DNA of 64,000 nt from a virus (Duplodnaviria; Caudoviricetes): positions 70,974 through 134,973 of IMG/VR virus record IMGVR_UViG_2974629863_000001; one strand, given 5' to 3'. This document shows positions 52,001 through 64,000 of this stretch, one piece after another. A model generated the notes under the pieces. It had not been told where the DNA came from. It did no database searches and saw only the letters and a program-made list of their open reading frames with translations. The position numbers and the translations under genes are program-made. Positions within the stretch are counted from its first letter, which is position 1, and each line of letters starts with the position of its first letter.

Positions 52001-52828
52001 TTTTGAATTTAATTGTTTTGGGTTTCGTATCCATCCTAAGTCTTTTGATACATTCCCAACTGACTCAGAGATAGACTCTATTGCATATGATGCTGTTCCT
52101 CAATCCTATGACCAATTGCAGAAGCGATATGTGGCATTAGCAATGGATATTCAATTGTGGGCCGGTAGAATGATGGAAAGAAACGAATGGCTTAAGAGAC
52201 TAAATGAAACGGAAGAAGTATGAACTTACCTAAGGGACTATCACACTATGAATTAGAACCATTTACTTATTGTGGTATCGACTTTACTGGACATGCATTC
52301 TACAGCAGAGCGAAAGACACAATTGAATACACATTGTATTCAAGCCATGGGTTATCTAAAGTCAAGTTTAGAAATGACTGGGAATTACCTTTAGAGACAG
52401 TCGCAACATCATTAGATGTTACCGAAGAAGAAGCAAAGAAGTTCCTTGAAACTAACATCGGTGTCTTTCCAGAAGAATACAAAGAAGAGTTAATCAAAAA
52501 CCTAATCTGGGAGTTTGAAGAAGCCTGGATATTAATGGTATGCGCTAATACTAATTACTACTCTAATGAATACTCAAGCAACAATAGGAATGACTTCTGG
52601 CCTATCATGACTAAAGAGTCAGTAGAAGAATACTATAAGCGATTCAATATTGAGCCTGTTCTTAATTTTGACGGTAGCTACAATAGTAGTAGCTTCTCAG
52701 TAGATCCTATTGCCCCGTCAGATCCAACGTAAGCGACTTTCAGCCCTTGCCTGGTGTGATCGTATGCACCGCGTGCAGGCCCCAAATGAGACGTTACATA
52801 ATAGGCCTCATTGTAAAGCTACAAAGCA

Positions 52829-52874
52829 TAAAAAAATAGACCCTAAGTCAATTAAGACTTAGGGTCTATTTCTA
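52829..52874. terminator. Bidirectional terminator at the convergence of the two gene blocks
   Basis: aaaaaaatagaccctaagtc-aattaa-gacttagggtctatttct. Confidence 0.88.
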
Positions 52875-55800
52875 TCCGTATTCCCGACTGTTTTTCTCTG
52901 CCCTGATAACAGCTTCAGCAACATTGTTTTGTGCTTGACTGTTGGACTCGAGTGCATCTAAGACTCTATTCAACTTATAGTCAAACTGTATCAATGCTTC
53001 TGTATGTGCTTTGATAGCTTCTGTCAGTTCATCCATCATCGGACCACCTTTCAATTAGACGCAACGATAAGCCTAGCAGCATAGGCAGGATCACAAACAG
53101 AACCACACATTCAATAACCAGCCACAGCCACATATCAATCCTCATGTATGATCCTGAAGGCAACAGACACCTTATCGTATTCATTAATGATGTCGAACCC
53201 ACCTTTAACAAACTCGATGTGTCTACCGTGTTGTGCAAAAGTAATTGCACGACTTGCCAAAGCTGCAATAGCTTCAGGTTGAAACGTAAAAGAAGCCTGC
53301 AATTGTGATCGAACTGTCGGTATGCGATCATAACGCATTAGCTTAAACATTGCTTACCATCCTTCTAGATACGTATCGAGAATTGCCATTACATCAGCAT
53401 CAGACATAAATCCATCGAGTTCATGCCCTAGAGTAGCAGAAGCGATTACATCACCTGAAACAGCATCATTAAACGACACTCTCAGACTCCAGTGACCGTG
53501 ACGAAACCTGAAGTAAAAGTGTCTGCCCTTTTCCGTAATGCCTTCAGCTTGCGTAGGGCAGGCACCGCCAACATAATCAAGCGTATACATTATTGTTCCT
53601 TTTTTGTTGACTGGTGAGATGAAACCCACGGCACTTAGGGCACTTGTAGTAACGGCACTCTTTGCGCTTCTCTTTGTCTCTTAGAGAAGTGTTCATAAGT
53701 GCAATCTTTGCATTAAGTTCATCACGGTATCGCTTCTTAGTACACTTACGACCATAGATCCTAGTCATATTTACGAGTCCCCCAACCAAAGGTAGTATCA
53801 TGTCCTTCTAGTGGTTTGAAGTCAATATGAGTGTGGTTCAATGCCGGTAGTGAGATAGTAGCTACACTGATAATGTTTCTAGCGCCACTAGGATAAACAC
53901 GTACAGTATAGACTTTAACCTTGGTCTCAGAGATTCTATCTACTTCAATGACTTCTGTGCATTCCATTAGTCTGCCTCGATTTCATCTAAATGCTTGTAT
54001 GAAGAAGATACACTGCAGAAAATAGGTATCTCTTGAATGTCTATTTCATCATAAGACATAATGTCATCAGCCATTATCATTACCCCCAAACTGGTAGCTT
54101 TTCAATTGTACTTTTCTACGTAGACTAAACAAGCGCATAGAACAGTTAACAACATCTTCTAGACTTGACTCAGGGTTTTCTACAACAGACTGGTAATAAG
54201 CAATCTTCTCAGCATCAGTCAACATCATTCACCTTTTCAATAGTCATTCGTCGGGCATTAGGTACACCATGAAAGTAGTAATGTAGTTCTACATTACCCA
54301 AACCATCAGCATCACGATAATCACGTACAAAGGTAAATGCATCTTCTCTAGCCCGCTTGCGCCACCTTTGTATCCAACGATCAACAGTAGACTTCTTCAG
54401 TATGACAGTTTCATCCCATACAAAAGGATGTTGACCGTAAGAATAGAGACGGCTTACTTTGAATTTCATTACTTCCACCCCTTTTCAGGAATAATCCCAT
54501 CAGACAATGCATATTCTGTATCTGTGTCTAGAAACAGTGTCTTACCAAGTGCCTTAATGTAAGCACTCCCACTATTGCCATATTGCATCATGTAGACCCT
54601 ATGCGCTCTGCCTGCATAGTTGATCATGTAGCGTGTAGGGATCTTTCCACCGTAACCAGTGCGGCTAGGGGATGCAGGGACCTGCAAAGTGATCCGGTGT
54701 GCAGTCACAAGCGTAGGATCTGTATGTTCAATTGCCATTGTTTCATCCTTTACTGTTGTGTGTAGCGGCTAACAATGCGACCCTAGTGCGTTAACACTAG
54801 GATCACACAACTAAACGCTAAACCCAATCACCAGAGAACAGCCCTAGGTGCTTAGAAGTGGTCACGCTATGCTTCTGACTTGACTTCTTCCAACCTGTTG
54901 CCGGTGTGTACCATCCAATAGGTGTGGCATAGCTGTAAACCACAAAGCCTTCTACACCATCAGGCATAGACTCAATGTCTTGTTTGATCATCTTTGCATA
55001 ATCATTAGACATCTGGCCGGTGTTAAAGAAGGCCCTGTTAGTCACTTTGCGGCCTGAAATAGAAGAACCGTTAAACTCCTTTTGTGCAGAGATGAACTGT
55101 CCTGCAGTGCGGTTTGTTACGCGTGCGATAGCCATTGCTAGATCCTTTGTGAGAGTCGGGTGATTACTTTTGAAAGTGCTTCAGAGTAAGTAGGTACTTT
55201 GGTTGTTCGCCAAAGTGGCCGGGTAGGATAGATATCGTTATCTACCTTAAGCAATGAAACACTATAGGTAGATAACATCACATCTAGTTCCTGCAATTCA
55301 CTCTGAGATATGCAGTCTTCTACATGCCTGAATCTCAGAAGATCGAACCTACTGTATGGATACATTAGTCTCCAATTTCAGTGACAAAGTATATTGTCTT
55401 CAGCCGAACATGAGTCATACCGAACAGTTCATTAGCCTGTTCAACAGGGAACTTGTAGGACACTTCAAAGGCTAGACCACTAAACCAATCATACTCTTTG
55501 AAAGTGTCTGTAAGATCATGCAGAGCCTGTTTAGCATCTTCCAACAGACCAAAGTGTCCTATCTCAGTGAAAGTAGTAGGCCTATCGTCTCGAGTGCCTG
55601 AAAGTACTTCCATTTTATTCACGTAAAACATGATTCTCCTTTTGTAGTGGAACGGTACTAGAAAGACTAAGGTAAGCATCCATCAGTAATAGTAAGTCAC
55701 TGACAATTCATTTACCTTAATCAATCTAAGACTATTCTACTCTTAAAGTAGGTCTAGACGTCTGGTGTGTGTGAGTAAATCAACCTTCTCTAGAATAACC

Positions 55801-58800
55801 TCCCTGATTAATTCATCTGTAATGGTGAGTTGGAAAGCATTTACAGAAGATCTAACAGCTAGGTGAATATCTTCCATACGCATACCAGTGTGTAGAGTAC
55901 GAAAAATTTCATCAGTGATTGTGAGCAGAATCCTTTGTGTCATACGGTCGGCACATTCTTGCACTTGCCTAGCGCGCACTACATCGTATGAGTCAATATC
56001 AAAGGCTTTGGTTGACTCTAGCTCTGCATCATTGATCAGCCTGTAAGAAGGTTCTAGAACCGGGTAGGTATCGTTTAACTGTTGGGTACGCTTTGCACGC
56101 TTACCAGCCCTAGAATTGTCCTGATAGTAGGTAGTAGCTTCTTGCAGTGACGACATATTTATCAACTCCTTTTGAACATAGAGTGTCTTTTTTCGACTCT
56201 TCCAGTCTTTACTCAAGTCTTTAGTTAGGTGATATAGAAACCAAAGACCTAATGCCACTAACGGCAATACTGTATACATAGTCAGTATTCAATTTGATAG
56301 GTCTCTTCTTTAACACCATCTAGGTATAGATCAAAAGAACAGTCAGATGTGTACTCATAACCTGTTAATGCATCTTTGATCTTATGCCAGACGACACGAT
56401 AACCAGATTCAGCGTTTAGCAACCTGCCTTTAAGGGCTAGATACAGTTTAAGCATATCCATTGAATCTTCAGCTATGCAACGTGCTGGTGTGCCTGTTGC
56501 TTCTGAATAGACCATAATTCTAATCTTTGCCATTGTAGTATCCTTTGTTTGTCGAAAGTCCGATAGTACGCACATTATGCGTAGGTGGCAAGCCAACTAA
56601 GGCACGATTCTACTAGGCTAATTAGACCGTACAGCGACGTTTACAGCGCGCTAGGGTAAATGCCTAGGCTCGAGATTCCAAGGCCTTAGAATCGCTTACA
56701 GTATCTCCTCATCATAGAAGGTAACTACTGAATCAGTATCCATAACGCTGATGTAGATCAGATCCTTTGCGATCAACAGACCACCATAGATTTGCCGGAC
56801 CTTTGAAAAGGCTTCTGAAGTAGATATAGCATCTACAAAGAAGATGGGAGTATTAACAGGCTCACACTCCCAACCATCCCGGACACGTATGACTCTGACT
56901 GTTGCCTGATAGTGCATGACTCTCCTTTTGTTGTGGTCTAAGAACTTAGAACCTAGCTAGTGTGACACTAACTAGGCACTAAATCATCAGCCCTCACTGT
57001 TCCTGAAGTAGTTTGTATTCCACTACGGTTCCGCCGGAAGTGGTATAGACAAAGTGGAAAGGATTATACGACTCAAACAATCCACCACGATTCTTGAAGT
57101 CAACATAAATACTTATCCAAGTGGCAACAGACCAATTGGTAAAGTCGGGTGGTAGTTTTCTCTGAGATAGATCACATATGACTTGACGAGATACTTTAGC
57201 CATTACTAAATCACCGACTCTCTTTGAAAGAAACATAATCAAAAGACTCTACAATCCTTTGGTGTGTTTCATGCGCTACTGACAAATCCATATAGCCCGC
57301 CTCATTCTTAGAAGTCTCCTTTTCGCCGGGTCGCTTAGTGAAAGTGCAAACATCACACAAACCACTTTGCAGTCTGATAGTAGAAACAATAACCCTAGTA
57401 TCATCTTCTAGAGTCAGTGTAGTTTTACGTACTTGTGTAGGAAACATGTTAAATCCTTTCAGATAGGGTCCAGAAGTGTGCAGTACGCACACCACGCAAC
57501 CATCCTTTGAGTTCATCTACGCTATCAAAGGCCATTGCCTGCCTTTCACCTTCTAAGTGAATGCTGTACCTTTCAGCGGCGGCTACCAGAAGTGTAAACA
57601 CCTTTCCATTGTGCAATGTAATAGTTGCCACCGACTCACTTAGATTAAGTCGGTGTTCTACAACCAGATTCTTAACAGCGTCAAGCACACTTGAAATATT
57701 CATCATGAAACCTTTCAGATCAGAGTGACCAAGTAAGGGATACCGACTAATGCGATACCGATAAAAGCACCAGTGAGGTAAGTGGTAATAGACTCCCAAT
57801 CAATCATCATCACACCCACAATCTTCTATGTTGTTAAAGCATTCTTCACACATCTCTACATGCCCTGCATATTCACTATCGTAGTATTCAGACTCCATAG
57901 CGATTCACCTCATTAATTGTGTAGATCAGTGTAAACCGATCACCTGTTTCAGTACATCCTAATGCCACAATGATAGTTGCATCATTAATGACAATTCGGT
58001 AATCCTTTTCTAGGATCTTCTCTTCTATGTCCCCTAGCTTCTCTTCAGCCTGCCAGTGCTGATCATATACAGGGCCCACATCTTCTACATCAGCCGGGTG
58101 GGTTTGAACAACAACAGTCTTAACCACTTTAAACATGTTCATCCTTTCATAGGCTTTAGATAACAACTAAAGGCATATAGAAACATATGCCTAAAGCAAT
58201 TGCCTAATCCCCTATCGCATAACCATCACGTCCACCGCACCTAGTGCAGTCTACGGAATCATGCCATGCGAACTGATGGTAGGTAGCGTGTTCTTCAGAG
58301 TGGCAGAACTTACAGCGCGTTTTAGGCCTGGTGTAGTGCTCTTCTGCAGGTTCTACAACGTGAACCCATCTACCCATATCGTAACGACCTTTTTCAATCT
58401 TCAGCAATGCATCACACTTATCACAATGCCGCACATCAGGCAGTATCTCCACGTCAACAGTAGGCTTATCAGAGTAGTTTGCTCTGAAGTCAGACCATTT
58501 TTCAAAGGTTGTAGTCATGATTAAATCTCCTCGATACGGTAGACGTTACTCAAACCATCTTCAATTGTCAGGATACCTAGCACTCGATTATAAGAAACAA
58601 AGTGATAGTAACCTTGCAGAAGAATGTTATTAGCTTCTGTAAAGGCCTTATCGAGTGCTTTCCTAGCTTCTACTTCAGACACATTAACTATGTCGGTAGT
58701 CTTGCCATTGCAGGTGATATTAAACATTATTAAAGCCCCCTCATGTAGCTAGAAAAAGGATTGTTTTGTGTAAGTGTGAAAACATTGATCGCGAGCACAT

Positions 58801-61062
58801 AACCATCCCTATGATTCCAAACTGTTTTAGCTTGTTTGTAATCAGTGCCCTTAACAATCAAGTCAACTTGCCGATTCTGGAAACCAGGCACTATCCATAG
58901 ATCATGGTAAATATTCTTTTCCAGATTCTCGATTGCCTGTTGATCAGACTCAAACTGTTCTACGTGATAAGTCTCAGATACCGACTCACCATCCTTGTTA
59001 AAGTACTGGTTTAGCGTAGTCAGATACATCACTTAATCCTTACTGTCATAGGGATAGAACCATCATGCCTGTTGGTAAGATCTTGGACTCTGCCTGGTTC
59101 TGAATATGCAGAGTCATTAAAGTTGCTGTAAGGCATACCAGCGCCAACTATGGCCGGTGTAGAGAGTGTCCACAACAGCACATAGAAGAACACTAGAATG
59201 CTACGGATTACCATTCAAAGCCTTCTTCAGGCCTGCAGTCTGCAAGCATCAGAATCAACTCGGACTTAGAAGTAATAGCGGTGTAGCGCGCACGGTAATC
59301 CTCATCAGCATCATCATAAAGGCCTAGAAGGTGTAACACTTCTTCTCTGAGCTGTTCGATAGTCATATGCCAATACTGTTCAATGTGTGTGTCCAAGTTG
59401 GCAGCACTGCAATGGTAGTAACCACCGACAGTAGTTGTCTTAATGATGGTTGGTGGTTGCTTTCCTGCCTTCTTGGAACCTAGGGGATATTCGATGATGC
59501 TATCGAGTTTTCCATCCTTTGAATTGCAGTCAACAATGTATTGATAGGCACTATCGCAAACATGTTCAACAGAACCAGCAACACCGATAGTCCGGGTAGC
59601 CTTATGCGAAAGACTGCAGTAAGTGCAAAGCATGACTTGTTCCTTTCAGAGTGTGACTAGTGGTCAACAAAAGACATAGATAGATCTATGTCTAATGCAA
59701 GCAACTAGTTACGCTGATCCTTCTGCCATTGTCGCTTTTCCTTGCGCCTAGATTGACGCTTCTCTATTGCTGCCTTCTTCTTAGGTGTGTAGGCAGAGTC
59801 ACCTAGCATTTTTGCCACTTGTAATCTCCTTTGCAGTCTTCTTGCAGTACTGACACACCATTACACCGGACTTTGGAACTAGGTGGTGTGTGTAGCCCTT
59901 AACAGGTGCTTCAGGGCACTCGAGTTGTGTTGGTTGCATGACTTAATCCTCCCACTTGATTACATAGGTGTGCTTGCCTGTTTCGTTCTCGATGAACAAT
60001 TGACGTGATTCACGCTCCCAGTGAACTAACTTAGTGTCTACGTCCTGAAGTGAATCAAGTGCTAACTCTTCTAGTTCTCTGAAGGCTTCAGCTTCAGTGG
60101 ACAAAGAACCACCATCCTTTTGACCATTCCATTCAATGTAGAACATGTTATTTTCCCATCTTTGCAAGGTTGCGATAGAACGCAACGTAGTTTTGTACGC
60201 CCTTAGTCTTAAACGAGAAGGCAGTAACAAAGGGTTCACCATCTTCAGTCTTAGGACCAAAGAAGTCTAGTAGATAGTCTTCAGTCACTTCAGGCATGTA
60301 ACCAGAATTAGAGTTGTAGTAGCTAGCTAGCATCAGTGGTCCGATAGCAGAAGCAACCAGGGCAGAAGCTAATCGAGTGCTAGTGCTATAGAACCAACCA
60401 AGGGACTCGAGGTTAGCGTCATAGACAACAACAACATACTTGTATAGATCAGGATCACGATCACAAGTTAGATAGCCCTGATTGCCTGGTGTGAGAACTA
60501 AACCTGATGTGTGAAGATCTTCTAGGTTGATCATGTGTAGATCCTTTCAGGGCAGAGTTGGCCGGTGTGTAATGAAAGCTATAGAGAAATACATAAGGAA
60601 AAACACATAGAAGAAAACACTAAGCACTAAGCAAAGCAATTGCTTCTGAGAAGAACAGCGCCATAGCGTGCAAAGCGAATAAACAGAACTAGAAAAGAAT
60701 CAATTCAGAGACACATAGGTAAGTATGTATACGCAAATAGCATAAAATTCGGTAAAACACACAATTTGCAGTCAATTAAACGTCAAAAGACTGCATTTAC
60801 CGACATATATACGTCAAACCAAGCAATAAACAGGAAAGAACACACATTTAATGTGTTCCAACCAATCAATTGCTTATCTCAGAGACGTTTCACCACCCAT
60901 TATTCGAGATGTAGTCTTCTACATTGCTTTCATCGCCCGCAAATTCAGGTGTGTTCTCTTCTATGCCGTTGTAGATCATTGTCTTTTCCTTTCACCCGGT
61001 TTAATAACAGTGAAACAATGGTGAGATAGGTACTCTGCAACCTATCCCCCACAATCAGACTG

Positions 61063-61860
61063 TTACTCTGCAGTCTTCTTAGTACGTGGCGCACGCTTTG
61101 CAACAGGCTTTACTGTCTCCGATGCTGTGTCGTTCTTTGCCCGGTCCAACAGCTCGAGAAGTCGTTCATTCTCTGCCTTCTGTCGCATCAGTTCAGCTTC
61201 AGCTTCAGACAACTTGTTAGCAATTTCACGCTTACTAACCGTAGAACTCTGCCAATCACCATTGTTGTAGTGGTAAGTGGTTTCACCTCGCACCATCTTG
61301 AAAGGTGCAACATCATCCAACAAGTTGGAATCATTTGCGGCTGTAATCACTTGTTCTGCAGTGATCCGGCCCTTAGTCACGCCTCGAGAGTCCTGAATCA
61401 TCTTCCGGGTGATCGAGAACTCACGTGTTTCATCAGTGGTTGCTCCTTCTGCATCGAGCACGTGACCGTAGATCACCGCCATAACATCATCAGGCTTAGC
61501 TGCAACCTGTTCTGCAGGGACGTAGTTGGCAGGAACAGGTTTGCCCTGATCGAACCAGACCTTACGGTTATCGAAAGTGTTCTCCAATTGCTGATCTTCC
61601 AACCAGGCAGAGTAGACACGCCGATCACCAACAGCGAACTTGTATGCCTCTGGCACTTTGATCTGTTCCGGTGTGATTGTGACGTCATACTGCGGTTGTC
61701 CTGCATTGAACCAATCAATGAGAACCTGATCAGCAATGCGCCCGCGTGTCTTCACATCAGGGTTGTTTTCCTGGTACCAAGCCTTTGCCATTGCAACATC
61801 TGCACGCTCAAACTCGATGCCGCCTGCAATGTAGCCCTTTACTTCTACTGCCTTTGCCAT
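61063..61860 (-). CDS. Multi-domain Lsr2-like DNA-binding protein with C-terminal coiled coil
   Basis: AKAWYQENNPDVKTRGRIADQVLIDW (Lsr2 AT-hook); second TKGRITAEQVI; RBS aaagga. Confidence 0.65.
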   Translation of the reverse strand: MAKAVEVKGYIAGGIEFERADVAMAKAWYQENNPDVKTRGRIADQVLIDWFNAGQPQYDVTITPEQIKVPEAYKFAVGDRRVYSAWLEDQQLENTFDNRKVWFDQGKPVPANYVPAEQVAAKPDDVMAVIYGHVLDAEGATTDETREFSITRKMIQDSRGVTKGRITAEQVITAANDSNLLDDVAPFKMVRGETTYHYNNGDWQSSTVSKREIANKLSEAEAELMRQKAENERLLELLDRAKNDTASETVKPVAKRAPRTKKTAE

Positions 61861-62614
61861 TGTCTTATCCTTTGTTTGTTGGGTTGTTTGAAACGTCAAG
61901 TAGTGAACTATCTAGGTTCACTAGGGAACAACCACCCGAAGTGGATAGTTATTCCCCAACGAATCGAGATGTTTTCTCAGAGGGATTCAAAGTGGATTAC
62001 TTCACCTATCTCCACCAACCCGCAGCAATCGCAAGACCAGTAACCACCCGGATCACGAGATTCACCTTGTGCGATCATTCCGACTGATTCCAACCAGGAT
62101 GAAACGATTGCTTCTTCTGTCGGGTCCAAGTGTGAGGTATCGCCATTTACAGCGACAACAGTGCATGAATTGCAAAGTGTGTATTCCATTGTCTTACCTT
62201 CTTCCAGCTAGTGAGCCTAGGAACAGCATTGAACCTAGAGAGAGAATAAACAGGGTTGCCCAAACGCCTAATGGCAACATGATCAGGCCTTAACGGAACC
62301 GTCAAAGTCGAAAGCACTGAAACCACCATCGTAGTAGCGCTCGATACGCTTTTCGATCTGGTGATCAGTCGGATGAGAAGTGATGAACTCGAGTCCGCAA
62401 TCTTCCAACCATCCAAGTGCTTCTGTTCTCTGATCTGAAGTAAGGAACCACTTATACCCGCTCGAGTTCTCGTGATTCTTCTCAGAGTGTCCTACGGGAA
62501 GGATGCAAGCACTTCTGGCACCACCCGGTTCAACCTTGCAGAGTGTCTGATTGTGTTCACATGCAACGCACATTTGTTCGATCCTTTTCTCGAGGGTTTA
62601 GAAGTATCTCTGAG

Positions 62615-62661
62615 TGTCCCTAAGTGGAATCGAACCACTTGAATCAGTACCAACTAGGGAC
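62615..62661 (-). ncRNA. Mini tRNA-like element (acceptor + T arm, no anticodon arm)
   Basis: Minus strand: gtcccta-gttggtactgattca-agtgg-ttcgatt-ccact-tagggac-a. Confidence 0.65.
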
Positions 62662-63381
62662 TATCCGAACTAGAAGTAGAGAGAGTGCAACATCAGAAGC
62701 ATTGAGACGATGGGTGAATCTTCTTCTACCCCGGTTGCTGTAAAGCCTAGGTAGTCACCAGTGAGAAGAATGTGAGCCAGTGCAGAGAACATATTGTGAT
62801 CCTTTGTTTGTTGTGGTTGGTGGTGTAGATCAGTGGGGAAGTGTACCCCGGTTGTACCTCACACTGTTGTAGCGAAAGTGCAGGGCCAAATCATCGAGAG
62901 ACTTGATCCCCGTATGTAGAACAGTGAGGGCAAGCTTAGAGTCACTAGCCTTTGCCAGAGAAACAGGTGCCTTCTTTGCCAGAGTTACAGTCATTGTCTT
63001 TTCCTTTTCTGTTGGTGGGTCTAATTGACTGCAGGTATCTGTCACACACCTGCAGTCCCTTTAGATCAACCAGCATGTGTGCCGTTGTCTCCTTTGGGTT
63101 GATATTCCTTTGTCCCTCACCTTGCCTAAGTGAGTTGACTATCCGGTACGCGGTATCTCTACCTATGTGTAGCCCGGTATGTCTGCCCTGGTATCTCACC
63201 AGTACCTAGCTTCCCCTAGATGTTGTATCGGATACGTCCGATAACCGTTGCTTGCAGATAATCCTTATCTGCTAGGTGCTTGCAAGCACTTGAATCACCT
63301 TCTCTCTCTCGACCGCTTTGAACTTGACCAAACATTATCATGCTCATGCAGACACGTATAAGGAACACACACATGCATATG

Positions 63382-63596
63382 TGCAGGTCACAGGCCTATC
63401 TAGAGCCATACATAGGCCTGCAATGGTGCCTATAGCTGTACCATAACGGTATGGTAACAGTGTATCTATGCAGGTCACAGGCTTACGTGCATGTGCATGT
63501 ATCTCATATGGTGGACATATACGATATATGTGTATGCATCACTCAATGCATAAGTGCTAGCAGAGTGCTTGCAATAGCTATCACTGCAGGTCACAG
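63382..63596 (+). repeat. Three exact TGCAGGTCACAG 12-mers in the non-coding tail
   Basis: Copies at 63382, 63469 and 63585. Confidence 0.8.
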
Positions 63597-63947
63597 CTGT
63601 AAGTGTGAATCATGGTTACAGTGATGTGTTGCGTCACGTGACGTAATGATCTTGGACTGTATGTGTCGATCACATAGGCATTCGATTACAGACTGAATGA
63701 TGATGCTGTATGCCATACATGCAGGTAGATCATGCTGATGTGCTGGTGTGTGCAGTACTGCCCTATGCCTGCATCATGTGTGCATCATGGTGTGTCATGC
63801 ATACGATCACATGCACTCAATACGTCACTGTGACGTAAGTATGCGCTGATGGTGATCGTTGCTGATGTGTTGATCAGGTGAATCAGTCGACTCGATGCAG
63901 TCTCGAGGCTCATGTGCTCGATGTGTGCAACGTCACATGCACAACCC

Positions 63948-63977
63948 TTGACACGTATGTGCGCACTAGTGTAGACT
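63948..63977 (+). promoter_or_regulatory. SigA-type promoter pointing out of the window
   Basis: TTGACA(63948)-18-TAGACT(63972). Confidence 0.5.
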
Positions 63978-64000
63978 GAATTTGGCGCGGCCTGTATGAT

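Larger units (their letters stand above)
52872..63000 (-). other. Leftward block of about 30 small hypothetical genes (early/host-takeover-type region)
   Basis: Short tightly packed minus-strand ORFs with strong (g)aaagga RBS, AC-rich leaders and intergenic hairpins. Confidence 0.65.

Noticed and set aside
623-52497. Short minus-strand ORFs within the rightward arm
   Set aside because: Antisense to well-supported genes such as terL, rtcB and the NAMPT-like gene; no RBS or motifs.
56935-56993. Hammerhead ribozyme (minus-strand CTGATGA)
   Set aside because: No GAAA after the stem and no stem I/III with a cleavage triplet.
61270-62087. Long + strand ORFs (257 aa, 113 aa)
   Set aside because: Antisense shadows of minus-strand genes that have RBSs and recognisable motifs.
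1-64000. Stop-codon recoding or prophage status
   Set aside because: No suppressor tRNA; long genes are intact in code 11; no integrase, att site or host genes are seen in this window.

Overview
Segment of a large, AT-rich (roughly 40% GC by eye), apparently lytic tailed phage of an actinobacterial host, judged from WhiB, Lsr2-like proteins and SigA-type promoters. No integrase or structural module is visible. The window opens in the 3' half of the large terminase. About 51 kb of rightward accessory genes follow (1.2-52.7 kb), then a bidirectional terminator (about 52.85 kb), a leftward block of small early-type genes (52.9-63.0 kb) and a repeat-rich non-coding tail. The rightward arm carries 12 tRNA genes and many RNA-repair or counter-defence candidates: RtcB, Thg1, 2H phosphoesterase, metallophosphoesterase, HD alarmone hydrolase, a PRS-like + NAMPT-like pair (NARP1-type), macrodomain, rIIA/rIIB, DUF932 and antitoxin-like proteins. 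The standout is at 12.4-14.9 kb. A 692-aa helical + TerD protein is followed by four tandem structured RNAs with covarying stems and invariant internal loops (Y-RNA-like). One of them encloses a complete circularly permuted tRNA-Lys(CUU) with a sealed acceptor stem. A second permuted tRNA-like RNA, with a CAU anticodon hairpin and complementary kissing loops, sits in the tRNA cluster (10.87-11.07 kb). An anticodon-less mini-tRNA sits in the leftward block. Together these suggest a phage ribonucleoprotein tRNA-decoy/repair system. All calls come from manual motif reading; no database searches or folding programs were run.
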